Counted from the first letter of the stretch, positions 40,364-48,826 are shown. The stretch: DNA of 64,000 bases from Gemmatimonadales bacterium (GCA_035575675.1 DATLXS010000182.1:880-64879); one strand, 5' to 3'. Notes: generated by a model from the sequence alone, not told the origin. A program made the numbers and translations.

Positions 40364-40776
40364 GCGGTAACAGGCGGGATTGGGCGGTAACGGGCGGTAG
40401 GTGGCGAACCCACCTGCCGCTTGTTTTTGTCGATTGCGGCATACAATCGCCACACCAACGTCCCTGCATGATTCCGCAGGCGTTCAATCGTTTGCCACGC
40501 CTCGTCTGACATCAACTCCAGGTCCTTGGCGAGTCTCAACGCGACAGATAACTCAGACAATGAACCGAGAGCGATGTCGAGGTAACGCCTGAACTCGGCG
40601 GATCCCCGTTTCGCCGATCCTTCTGCGATGTTGGCGACGACAGAGAAAGCCGCACGTCGGGACTGCGAAGTTAGTCCGTAGAGCTCATGCTTTGGGAAAG
40701 TCGCGGTAATCCGATAAACATCCAGAGTCAGTTCGTAAGAAAGCTTCCATGCTTGAAAGCGCTCATAGGGGAGCAT
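40360..40776 (-). CDS. Four-helix-bundle protein (23S rRNA intervening-sequence protein / Avd-like family)
   Basis: 138 aa. FQAWKLSYELTLDVY..FPKHELYGLTSQSRRAAFSVVANIAEGSAKRGSAEFRRYLDIALGSLSEL matches the TIGR02436/PF05635 pattern. The C-terminal tail (..GSPPTARYRPIPPVTA) is read from array A. Visibly lower G+C than its neighbours. Confidence 0.85.
   Translation of the reverse strand: MLPYERFQAWKLSYELTLDVYRITATFPKHELYGLTSQSRRAAFSVVANIAEGSAKRGSAEFRRYLDIALGSLSELSVALRLAKDLELMSDEAWQTIERLRNHAGTLVWRLYAAIDKNKRQVGSPPTARYRPIPPVTA
40363..40429 (+). repeat. GGCGGTAnnn 10-bp iteron array ending in a terminator hairpin (array A)
   Basis: GGCGGTAACA GGCGGGATTG GGCGGTAACG GGCGGTAGGT starts on the last base of the TAG stop. 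The last unit forms stem GCGGTAGGTGG-CGAAC-CCACCTGCCGC followed by TTGTTTTTG. Confidence 0.9.
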
Positions 40777-40844
40777 CAGTGGATCGTAGCGTTCAGTCTG
40801 ACAAGCGGGTTACTCAATCGAACGCATGTGGGCACAAGAAAATT

Positions 40845-40878
40845 CCGCCTGTTGCCGCCTTTTGCCGCCCATTACCGT
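40845..40878 (-). repeat. 10-bp iteron array B (C-rich on + strand)
   Basis: CCGCCTGTTG CCGCCTTTTG CCGCCCATTA CCGTC. On the minus strand it reads TGA-GACGGTAATG GGCGGCAAAA GGCGGCAACA GGCGG, starting directly after the stop of the 40880-41680 gene. Confidence 0.85.
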
Positions 40879-40879
40879 C

Positions 40880-41680
40880 TCAGCGTCTCGACCAGACGAG
40901 TATCGCTCCGCAAGGACTCAAATAACCTGAGTACTGGACGGGTACACCCTCGGGTCCGGGATATACTTCCAGCGCTTCGATATTGAATGGGTTGACGAGG
41001 TCATCGAGGCTGAGTCCACCGCTAGCCGTGCCGCCGGGCTGCAGCAAGACACCGTCGAAAACGACGCTGGGGTTACATTTTCCGCGAAAGAACATCGTGT
41101 TCGCGGCTCGCATGGTGACTGTACATTGCAAGCCGGGACCGCCTTGTGAAGGGCCCCGCTGCTGTCCCCCGCAAGTGACGCGCACTCCAGACATCCCATG
41201 AAGTAGGTCAGTAAGGTGGAGGGGATCCCGCTTGTCGATTTCGTCGCGGGTGAGGAAATGTCCAAACCCCTCCTGTCTGCGTCTGTAAAACCCGGCGTCC
41301 GCCAAGTATGGCAACCGTCTCTCGATTTCCTTCGCTACGACCGTAACGGTGTCGAGAGTTATCGGGTTCGAAGGCAAGCTCAGCGATACGCGTGCCGTGA
41401 AGGCTGAACTGAAAAGAAAGGGTTTGCTTAGACTGATCGGATAACCGATCCTACTGATTAGCAGGCGATACTCACCGAGGCGCGGAATGCTGAAGGTGAA
41501 CTGACCGTCCGAGCTTGTGACTAGAGACTTCATCGCCGTGCCCGCGCTATCGAGGAGAAGGATGCGTGCACCGACGATGGGTTTTCCGGACACACTGTCC
41601 AGCACCGTCCCGGCGAGGACCTGTGCTTCAGCGGGATGCGCGAGCAATCCGAGTGTCAGCACGCAAACGGAGAGTCGCAT
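40880..41680 (-). CDS. CarboxypepD_reg-like + TonB-plug-like domain protein (no barrel)
   Basis: 266 aa. Signal peptide MRLSVCVLTLGLLAHPAEAQ, LAGTVLDSVSGKPIVGARILLLD..SDGQFTF..GEYRLLISRIGY, then plug-like LTDLLHGMSGVRV..VVFDGVLL..NIEALEVYPGP. Lower G+C than its surroundings. Confidence 0.6.
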   Translation of the reverse strand: MRLSVCVLTLGLLAHPAEAQVLAGTVLDSVSGKPIVGARILLLDSAGTAMKSLVTSSDGQFTFSIPRLGEYRLLISRIGYPISLSKPFLFSSAFTARVSLSLPSNPITLDTVTVVAKEIERRLPYLADAGFYRRRQEGFGHFLTRDEIDKRDPLHLTDLLHGMSGVRVTCGGQQRGPSQGGPGLQCTVTMRAANTMFFRGKCNPSVVFDGVLLQPGGTASGGLSLDDLVNPFNIEALEVYPGPEGVPVQYSGYLSPCGAILVWSRR

Positions 41681-41698
41681 CTCGTTTAGTGTACCAAT

Positions 41699-41764
41699 GA
41701 AAAAGCGGCAGGGTCCGCAAACCCCTACCGCCCATTACCGCCTTGTACCGCCTGTTACCGCCTA
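41699..41764 (-). repeat. 10-bp iteron array C plus terminator hairpin downstream of rpmA
   Basis: The minus strand reads TAG-GCGGTAACAG GCGGTACAAG GCGGTAATGG GCGGTAGGG-GTTTGCGGA-CCCTGCCGC-TTTTT. The first 17 nt are identical to array A (TAGGCGGTAACAGGCGG) on the opposite strand. Confidence 0.9.
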
Positions 41765-42040
41765 GTTGTTCGCCGCCGCTTTCACTGCAGCCGGATACAC
41801 ACTCACCTGAAACCGCTGCTTGTTCTTGTGCTCGAACTTCACGTGACCGTCGATGGTCGTGAACAGCGTATCGTTCGCACCGCGGCGCACGTTCTTGCCG
41901 GGATGGAACTTGGTGCCGCGCTGAATGACGATGATGGTCCCGGCCCGCACGAATTCCCCGCCGAACCGCTTCACGCCGAGGTACTTCGGATTCGAGTCGC
42001 GCCCGTTGCGCGAGGAGCCGACGCCCTTCTTATGAGCCAT
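41762..42040 (-). CDS. rpmA: 50S ribosomal protein L27
   Basis: 92 aa. [39 protein letters not shown]. Confidence 0.97.
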   Translation of the reverse strand: MAHKKGVGSSRNGRDSNPKYLGVKRFGGEFVRAGTIIVIQRGTKFHPGKNVRRGANDTLFTTIDGHVKFEHKNKQRFQVSVYPAAVKAAANN

Positions 42041-42046
42041 AGGGTC

Positions 42047-42364
42047 CTAGCCGACCTTCACGTCGGCGATCTTGATCTCGGTGAAGTCCTGCCGGTGCCC
42101 GCCGTGGCGGCGATAGCCGGTGCGGCGCGCGAACCGGAAGATCCGAACCTTCTTGCCCTTGCCGTGCCGCACGACCTCGGCGGTGACCTTCGCGCCCTTC
42201 ACCTTCGGCGTGCCGGTCGCGACATGTTTGCCGTCGCTCGCGACGAGCACGGTGTCGAACGAGACCTCGTCGCCCGGCTTCGCGTCGAGCAGCGGCACCT
42301 TGATGGTGACTCCGGGCTCGGCCCGGAACTGAGCACCACCGGTCGTAAAAATCGCATAACTCAT
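42047..42364 (-). CDS. rplU: 50S ribosomal protein L21
   Basis: 105 aa. MSYAIFTTGGAQFR..VLV..DG....G.P....KV.AEVV.HGKGKKV.IF..RR..YRR..GHRQ. Confidence 0.95.
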   Translation of the reverse strand: MSYAIFTTGGAQFRAEPGVTIKVPLLDAKPGDEVSFDTVLVASDGKHVATGTPKVKGAKVTAEVVRHGKGKKVRIFRFARRTGYRRHGGHRQDFTEIKIADVKVG

Positions 42365-42398
42365 AGGGCGCGGAACCTAAATAGAGACTTGGGCTTAG

Positions 42399-44021
42399 TC
42401 AAGCGACGGCGTATTGCTCCGTCACGTCGCGACCCGCCGGCCGAGCCATCATCCGGAACTCATCCAGCCGCATCATCGGGTCGTCCCGCACCTCGAGCTC
42501 GAGGCCGGTCTGCTTCTCCAACTGACGCAGGAAGTTAGGCTCCTGCTCCACGAGGTAGAGCGCGACCTCGGGATGGAGCCGGACCGACAGCTGCCGCTCC
42601 TTGTGATCGGCGCCGGCGCGCTTGAGCGAGCGCTCCATGCGCCGCACCACGACCTCCGGCCGGAACACCCGGCCGGTGCCCGAGCAGGTCGGGCACTCGA
42701 TCGTCATCGACTGCCACAGGGACGGCCGCACCCGCTGCCGGGTCATTTCGATCAAGCCCAGCTCGGACACCGCAAACGCCCGCGTGCGCGCCCGGTCGTG
42801 GCCGAGGTGGGTGCGCAGCTCCTGGAGCACCTTGTCGCGGTTCGACCTGGTCTCCATGTCGATGAAATCGACGACGATGATCCCGCCGATGTCGCGCAGC
42901 CGGAGCTGTCGTGCCACCTCGCGCGCCGCCTCGAGGTTCGTGCGCAGGATCGTGCTCTCGGGGTCTCGCTTGCCGGTGTAGCGCCCCGTGTTGACGTCGA
43001 TCGAGATCAGCGCCTCGGTCGGCTGAATGATCAGGTACCCGCCGGTCGGCAGGTCGACCCGCTGCTTGAAGAGGTTGCGGATCTCCGCCTCGACGTCGTA
43101 TTCGTCGAAGAGCGGCGTCTCGGCGGTGTACAGCTTGACCCGGGGCAATAGCTCGGGGTCGATCTGCTTCAAGTACTGCTCGACTTCGTTGTACAGGAGC
43201 TTGGAGTCGACGAGGAGCAGGTCGACGTTGTCCGAGAGCAGGTCGCGCACGATGCCCCGCGTGAGGCTCGTCTCGCGCTGGACCAGTTGTGGCGCCCGGC
43301 CTCCCGTCTGCTTGCGCGTGATCTTCTTCCACAAGCCGAGGAGGTGGTCGATCTCGCGCTTGCAGCTCGCCTCCGTCAGATCATCGGCGACGGTACGGAT
43401 GATCCAGCCGCCCGAATCCGCCGGGACGAGCTTCGTGACCAGCTCGCGCAACTTGGCGCGTTGCTCACGGGATTCGATCTTCCGCGAGACGCCGACCTTG
43501 GACGCGAACGGCATGTAGACGAGGAACCGGCCGGCGAGCGAGACCTGCGCGGTGACGCGCGGGCCTTTGGTCCCGATCGCTTCTTTGATGACCTGGACGA
43601 GCTTCGTTTGGCCGCGCTTCAGCTCGTCGGCGATGTTGGGAGCCGGGCGCCGCCGAGACCGTTCCCGCGGAGGGCCGCCGCGGCGCTTCACTTCAGGCTG
43701 GCTGCCCCCGTTGCCACTGCCGCTCCCGTTCCCGTTGCCGTTCTCGTCGTCTGCGTCGTCCGGCTCACGGTCCTCGGGATCTTCGTCTTCGTCGGCTTCG
43801 ATTAGATCGGAGGCGTGGAGAAAGGCGCTCTTTTCGGCGCCGATGTCGACGAAGGCCGCCTGGATGCCGGGCAGAACCGCCTCGACCTTGCCGACATAGA
43901 TGTCGCCAACCGAACGGTGGGAGTCGGGACGATCGACCAGGAGTTCAACAAGGCGGTCGTCCTCGAGAATGGCCACGCGGGTCTCTCGCGGGTTTCCAGA
44001 GATCAGTATTTCGCGCTTCAA
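42399..44021 (-). CDS. Ribonuclease E/G family endoribonuclease
   Basis: 540 aa, TTG start. S1 domain (GDIYVGKVEAVLPGIQAAFVDIG..AFLHASD), DNase-I-like region (TEALISIDVNTG) and Zn-link CPTCSGTG. An acidic/Gly-Asn/basic insert lies in the S1 region. Confidence 0.9.
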   Translation of the reverse strand: MKREILISGNPRETRVAILEDDRLVELLVDRPDSHRSVGDIYVGKVEAVLPGIQAAFVDIGAEKSAFLHASDLIEADEDEDPEDREPDDADDENGNGNGSGSGNGGSQPEVKRRGGPPRERSRRRPAPNIADELKRGQTKLVQVIKEAIGTKGPRVTAQVSLAGRFLVYMPFASKVGVSRKIESREQRAKLRELVTKLVPADSGGWIIRTVADDLTEASCKREIDHLLGLWKKITRKQTGGRAPQLVQRETSLTRGIVRDLLSDNVDLLLVDSKLLYNEVEQYLKQIDPELLPRVKLYTAETPLFDEYDVEAEIRNLFKQRVDLPTGGYLIIQPTEALISIDVNTGRYTGKRDPESTILRTNLEAAREVARQLRLRDIGGIIVVDFIDMETRSNRDKVLQELRTHLGHDRARTRAFAVSELGLIEMTRQRVRPSLWQSMTIECPTCSGTGRVFRPEVVVRRMERSLKRAGADHKERQLSVRLHPEVALYLVEQEPNFLRQLEKQTGLELEVRDDPMMRLDEFRMMARPAGRDVTEQYAVA

Positions 44022-44179
44022 AGCAGTTACCCTCGCGCCCCGGCGGGAAACAGCCGCCCCCCGGGAGCCTGTGGTTTTCCCAGCAATAGTCCAACTCGCC
44101 CGGCCGATGTGGCGTGGGGAGTGAGATGATTCGATTGGAGAGGCGGCTGAGAGACGCCAGAGCCCAATGCATGAAGGTA

Positions 44180-44208
44180 AAGCTAGGAAAAGAGGAGACT
44201 TAGGTCAA
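44180..44208 (-). promoter_or_regulatory. Possible sigma-70-type promoter for the RNase E/G gene
   Basis: The minus strand reads TTGACC (44208-44203), a 17-nt spacer, then TAGCTT (44185-44180). It overlaps the acyl-CoA dehydrogenase stop and would give a ~150-nt structured leader. Confidence 0.25.
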
Positions 44209-45431
44209 TCGATCAGACCGCCGAGCAACTGCCGCGCAATCACGACGCGCTGGATCTCGCTCGTTCCCTCGCCGATCTCGCAGATCTTGGCGTCCCGCAT
44301 CATGCGCTCGACCGGGTACTCGGTGGTGTAGCCGTACCCGCCATGCAGCTGCACGGCCTTCGTTGTGGCGCGCATGCACAGCTCGGAAGCGTAGAGCTTG
44401 GCCATCGCTGCTTCCTTCTTGAACGGATGGCCCTGTTGTTTGAGCCAGGCGGCATGATATACGAGCTGCTTGGCGGCTTCGATCTCGGTCGCCATGTCGG
44501 CCAGCGCGAAATGCACGCCCTGGAAGCTCGCGATCGGCCGGCCGAACTGCTTGCGGGTGGACGTATACGCCAGACACTCGTCCAACGCTCCCTCGGCCAA
44601 CCCGAGCGACAGGGCGGCGATGCCGATCCGGCCGCCGTCGAGCGTGTGGAGAAACTGCCGGAAGCCGTTGTTCACTGGTCCGAGCACATTTTCCTTCGGG
44701 ACGATCGCGTCCTGAAAGATCAGCTCACGGGTGTCCGATGCCCGCCAGCCCAGCTTGTCTTCTTTTTTGCCTGACAGGACGCCGCGGTTCTTCGGTAGCT
44801 CGGCAGAGGACGCGTGGCCGATCCCCACGCGCTTCGCCTCGTCGAGGTCGCACGTGTCTTTGCTGACAATGAAGGCCGTGATCCCGTGCGTGCGTTTGGC
44901 GGTCGGATCGGTGCGCGCGGTGACGCAGAAGATCTCGCCGACGCCGGCGTGGGTGATGAAGATCTTCGAGCCGTTGAGGACGTAGTGGTCGCCTTTGTCG
45001 ACCGCGGTCGTCTTGGTGCCGCCCGCGTCCGAGCCCGCGCCCGGCTCCGTGAGGCCAAAACCGCCCAGGACCTTCCCGGGCGCGAGCAAGGGTACGAAGC
45101 GGCGCTTCTGCTCGTCGGTGCCGAAGTCCACGATCGGCGACGTGCCGAGCGTGGTGTGGGCGCTGACGGTGATGGCGTGACTCGCATCGACTTTCGCAAG
45201 CTCATGGATCACGGTGATGTAGGACAGATAATCCATCCCCGACCCGCCCAACTCCTCCGCCCACGGAATCCCGAACAGCCCGAGCTCCGCCATCCGTTTG
45301 ATGTTGTCCCAGGGGAAGCGGCTGTCGAGATCGTATTGGCGGGCGGTGGGTTTGACGACGTTCCGGGCGAAGTCTCGCACCATCTCGCGAACCTGGAGAT
45401 GGTGGTCGGAGAAGTAGAGGCTATCGTGCAT
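44205..45431 (-). CDS. Acyl-CoA dehydrogenase
   Basis: 408 aa. ACAD pattern ..[10 protein letters not shown].., ..QFG.PIASFQ.. and C-terminal ..YEGTSEIQ-like ([15 protein letters not shown]). Confidence 0.9.
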   Translation of the reverse strand: MHDSLYFSDHHLQVREMVRDFARNVVKPTARQYDLDSRFPWDNIKRMAELGLFGIPWAEELGGSGMDYLSYITVIHELAKVDASHAITVSAHTTLGTSPIVDFGTDEQKRRFVPLLAPGKVLGGFGLTEPGAGSDAGGTKTTAVDKGDHYVLNGSKIFITHAGVGEIFCVTARTDPTAKRTHGITAFIVSKDTCDLDEAKRVGIGHASSAELPKNRGVLSGKKEDKLGWRASDTRELIFQDAIVPKENVLGPVNNGFRQFLHTLDGGRIGIAALSLGLAEGALDECLAYTSTRKQFGRPIASFQGVHFALADMATEIEAAKQLVYHAAWLKQQGHPFKKEAAMAKLYASELCMRATTKAVQLHGGYGYTTEYPVERMMRDAKICEIGEGTSEIQRVVIARQLLGGLID

Positions 45432-45443
45432 GCAGGAAAATAC

Positions 45444-45487
45444 GACGGTAAGGGACGGTAAAGAAGCGACGGTAAAGGACGGTAAGG
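45444..45487. repeat. GACGGTAAnG iteron array, single arm
   Basis: GACGGTAAGG GACGGTAAAGAAGC GACGGTAAAG GACGGTAAGG fills the recQ-stop to acyl-CoA-dehydrogenase-start spacer. C-rich in the sense of both flanking genes. Confidence 0.85.
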
Positions 45488-45488
45488 G

Positions 45489-46616
45489 TCACACCTCGCC
45501 GAAGTGTTGGAGAATGATCGCGCGGTGGTTCCGGCGCGCCTCGACGTACCGCCGCATCGCGGGCGCAATGTTGCCCCACGCGAGATCCTCCCTTCGCCAC
45601 AACACCAGACATTCGGCTGCCCTGCCGTCCCTGCCGCCCCTGCCGGCCTCTTGGTAGTAGGCCTCCAACGTGGGCGGGGGACCCCAATGCAGCACCTGCC
45701 GAACGTCCGGCTTGTCGATGCCCATGCCGAACGCGCTCGTCGCGACGATCACACGCACCTGATCGGTGAGGAACGCCCGTAATACACGCCGGCGCATGCC
45801 GGGACTGAGACCGGCGTGATAGGGGGCCGCGCGCACACTCGACCGCAGGAGCGCGCGCGCGACGAGCTCGGTCAGGCGGCGGGTTGGCGTGTAAATGAGC
45901 GACGCTCCTGCCCCGGTGCGGACGCGCTGGCGGATCGCCGCGAAGCGCTCGCGATCATCTCGCACGCGACAGACACGCAAGTCGAGATTGGGACGATCGA
46001 ACGACGTCACCACGACCTCGGCATCTGGCATGCGCAGTACGTGCAGGATGTCGGTGCGAGCGGCCGGAGTCGCGCTTCCCGTCAGGGCAATCGTCGGGGG
46101 CCGTCCGAGCGCCGCGCGGAACACGCCGAGGCGCCGGTAGACCGGCCGGAATTCGTTGCCCCATTCGGCGATGCAGTGCGCCTCGTCGATCGCGAGCAGC
46201 GACACCCGCGTGCCGGCTGCTACGAGGCGTCGCGTCAGCGATGCCAATCGCTCCGGCGCGCAGTACAGCAGCGCGAGCCGCCCCGCGGTCGCCGCGTCCA
46301 GGATGGTGCGCCGCTGGGTGGCATCGAGCTGGCTGTTCACGTAGGCGGCCGCGATGCCCCGGCGTCGCAGCGCGCCGACTTGATCCTGCATCAGCGAGAT
46401 CAAGGGCGACACGACGAGCGTCAGGCCGGCGTCGAGCAGCGCGGGGACCTGGTAGCAGAGCGACTTCCCCGCCCCAGTGGGGAGTACGGCGAGGACGTTC
46501 CGGCCGGCGAGCAGCGGGCCCAGCACTCTGAGCTGATGGACGCGGAAGCGGGCGTGACCGAACCGTTCCTTGAGGATTGTGCGCGCGGCCTCGAGTCCCA
46601 CGGTGCAGGTCGGCAT
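45489..46616 (-). CDS. RecQ-family helicase core, lacking Zn-binding/WH/HRDC domains
   Basis: 375 aa. Motifs LAVLPTGAGKS, DEAHC, TATA-like LTGSATP and YYQEAGRGGRDG. Ends ..AIILQHFGEV* exactly where RecQ proteins begin the Cys4 zinc cluster. Confidence 0.8.
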   Translation of the reverse strand: MPTCTVGLEAARTILKERFGHARFRVHQLRVLGPLLAGRNVLAVLPTGAGKSLCYQVPALLDAGLTLVVSPLISLMQDQVGALRRRGIAAAYVNSQLDATQRRTILDAATAGRLALLYCAPERLASLTRRLVAAGTRVSLLAIDEAHCIAEWGNEFRPVYRRLGVFRAALGRPPTIALTGSATPAARTDILHVLRMPDAEVVVTSFDRPNLDLRVCRVRDDRERFAAIRQRVRTGAGASLIYTPTRRLTELVARALLRSSVRAAPYHAGLSPGMRRRVLRAFLTDQVRVIVATSAFGMGIDKPDVRQVLHWGPPPTLEAYYQEAGRGGRDGRAAECLVLWRREDLAWGNIAPAMRRYVEARRNHRAIILQHFGEV

Positions 46617-46687
46617 GTCGCACGAAATGGCATTGCCGGTCGCGGACCCCTATCCCAAAAGCGCGGCACGGAGCACGTTTACGCGTC

Positions 46688-48826
46688 ATGCCTCCTCTAT
46701 TCTTCGCGACACTCATGCTGGTACAAACTGTGATCTATCCTCCCGCGCGCAAAGACGACGTTGTCGACGACTACCACGGGACCAAGGTTGCCGACCCCTA
46801 CCGCTGGCTCGAGGACGTCGACGCGCCGGAAACCCGCGGCTGGGTGGAAGCCGAGAATCGCGTCACATTCGCCTATCTCGAGCAGATCCCCGAGCGCGAG
46901 CGCATTCGGCGGCGGCTGACGGAATTGTGGGACTATCCGAAATACGGCGCGCCGTTCCAGAAGGGCGGACGCTACTTCTTCTTCAAGAATTCAGGTCTCC
47001 AGAACCAGGCGGTCCTGTACACGCAAAGCGCGCTCACCGCCGAGCCCGAAGTCCTGCTCGATCCCAACACACTGTCGGCGGACGGCACCGTCGCGCTGTC
47101 GATCCTCGCCTTCGCCGAGGACGGCAGGACGATGGTCTACGGCACGTCGGGGAGCGGCTCGGACTGGCAGGAATTCCGCGTGCGTGATGTCGCGACTCGG
47201 CAGGACCGGCCTGATCACCTGAAATGGATCAAGTTCTCGAGCGCGGCATGGACGCACGACGGCGCCGGATTCTTTTACAGCCGCTATCCAGAGCCCGCGC
47301 CGGGCGCCGATCCGCTGCTCGAGGTCAATCACAACCAGAAGGTCTATTACCACAAGCTGGGCACCGACCAGTCCACCGACCGCCTGGTGTACGAACGGCC
47401 CGATCATCCCGACTGGGGCTTCGGCGTCGAAGTGAGCGCCGACGGTCGCTACGCCGTCTACACGGTCTGGCTGGGCACCGACCGCCGCAATCGCGTCTAC
47501 TATCAAGACCTGGGCGACGCCAGGCATCCGCGGCTCGACGCACCCGTCGTCCGCTTGCTCGATGCCTTCGACGCGGCCTACGGTTTCGTCGGCAACACGG
47601 GCCCCGTCTTCTATTTCCAGACCGATAACGGCGCGCCGCGTGGCCGCATCGTCGCCGTCGATGTTCGTCATCCCGCACCGATCGCCTGGAAAGAAGTCGT
47701 GCCGCAGGCGCCGGACGTGATTGAAGGCTCGCAGATTGTCCACAACACGTTTGTCGTGCGCTACCTCCACGACGCGTACTCGCAGCTGCGCCTCTTCGCG
47801 CTCGACGGCAAGCCGGCCGGCGACGTCGGGCTGCCGACGCTGGGCTCGATCGTGCAGGTGACCGGCGAGCCTCGCGACACGGAGATGTTCTACGCGTTCA
47901 CGTCGTTCCTGTATCCGACCACGATCTTCCGGCACGACTTCACGACCGGCACCTCCACCGTCTTCAAGGCACCGGAGATTGCCTTCGACCCCGCGAAGTA
48001 CGAAACGGTGCAGGTGTTCTACCACAGCAAGGACGGGACGCGGGTTCCGCTGTTCCTGACCTACAAGAAGGGCGTAAAGCAGGATGGCTCGAACCCGACG
48101 TACCTGTACGGCTACGGCGGCTTCAATGTCAACATGACGCCGGGCTTTTCGATCGGCGTGCTCGCGTGGCTCGAGATGGGCGGCGTGTACGCGCAGGCGG
48201 TGCTGCGCGGCGGATCGGAGTACGGGGAAGAGTGGCATCAGGCGGGGATGCTCGACCGCAAGCAAAACGTGTTCGACGATTTTATCGCCGCCGCGGAGTA
48301 TCTGATCGCCGCGCGCTACACGGCACCGCCCAAACTGGCGATCGGCGGGGGCTCGAATGGCGGGTTGCTGATCGGTGCCGTGTTGAATCAGCGGCCCGAA
48401 TTGTTCGGCGCCGCCCTGCCGGCCGTCGGCGTGATGGACATGCTGCGCTTCCACAAGTTCACGATCGGCTGGGCGTGGGTGACCGAATACGGCTCGGCCG
48501 ACAGCGTCGCGCAGTTCCCGTTTCTGCTGCGGTACTCGCCGATCCACAATATGAAGCCGGGGACGCACTATCCCGCGACCTTGATCACGACCGCCGATCA
48601 CGACGACCGCGTGGTGCCGGGGCACTCGTTCAAATACGCGGCGACGCTCCAGACGGCGCAGGGCGGCCCCGAGCCGGTGCTGATACGGATCGAGACCAAG
48701 GCCGGCCACGGCGCCGGCAAGCCGACCGCCAAAGTGATCGAGGAGCAAACCGATCGCTGGGCGTTCCTCGTTCACACGCTCCACATGCAGCTACCGGCAC
48801 AGACTTCGTCCGCGCCGAGGCCCTAG
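46688..48826 (+). CDS. Prolyl oligopeptidase (S9A)
   Basis: 712 aa from ATG 46688. DPYRWLED N-terminus, catalytic GGSNGGLL, and ..DDRV.P.HS.K.. The ORF-track start at 46577 adds an implausible Arg/Cys-rich leader. Confidence 0.9.
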   Translation: MPPLFFATLMLVQTVIYPPARKDDVVDDYHGTKVADPYRWLEDVDAPETRGWVEAENRVTFAYLEQIPERERIRRRLTELWDYPKYGAPFQKGGRYFFFKNSGLQNQAVLYTQSALTAEPEVLLDPNTLSADGTVALSILAFAEDGRTMVYGTSGSGSDWQEFRVRDVATRQDRPDHLKWIKFSSAAWTHDGAGFFYSRYPEPAPGADPLLEVNHNQKVYYHKLGTDQSTDRLVYERPDHPDWGFGVEVSADGRYAVYTVWLGTDRRNRVYYQDLGDARHPRLDAPVVRLLDAFDAAYGFVGNTGPVFYFQTDNGAPRGRIVAVDVRHPAPIAWKEVVPQAPDVIEGSQIVHNTFVVRYLHDAYSQLRLFALDGKPAGDVGLPTLGSIVQVTGEPRDTEMFYAFTSFLYPTTIFRHDFTTGTSTVFKAPEIAFDPAKYETVQVFYHSKDGTRVPLFLTYKKGVKQDGSNPTYLYGYGGFNVNMTPGFSIGVLAWLEMGGVYAQAVLRGGSEYGEEWHQAGMLDRKQNVFDDFIAAAEYLIAARYTAPPKLAIGGGSNGGLLIGAVLNQRPELFGAALPAVGVMDMLRFHKFTIGWAWVTEYGSADSVAQFPFLLRYSPIHNMKPGTHYPATLITTADHDDRVVPGHSFKYAATLQTAQGGPEPVLIRIETKAGHGAGKPTAKVIEEQTDRWAFLVHTLHMQLPAQTSSAPRP

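Larger units (their letters stand above)
40360..40878 (-). mobile_element. Candidate IVS-like / REPIN-like cassette: four-helix-bundle gene between inverted iteron arrays A and B
   Basis: G-rich array (40363-40412) and C-rich array (40845-40878) lie in inverted orientation around a low-G+C gene. The same architecture recurs at 49579-50135. Mobility is inferred, not shown. Confidence 0.3.

Noticed and set aside
40360-41764. IS or MITE with CTAG target-site duplication (CTAG occurs at both outer ends: 40360-40363 and 41761-41764)
   Set aside because: No transposase is encoded, and the ends are iteron arrays fused to terminator hairpins rather than classical terminal inverted repeats. CTAG may simply be part of the repeat plus the stop codons. 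The idea is left as a hypothesis inside the cassette finding rather than called as an IS.
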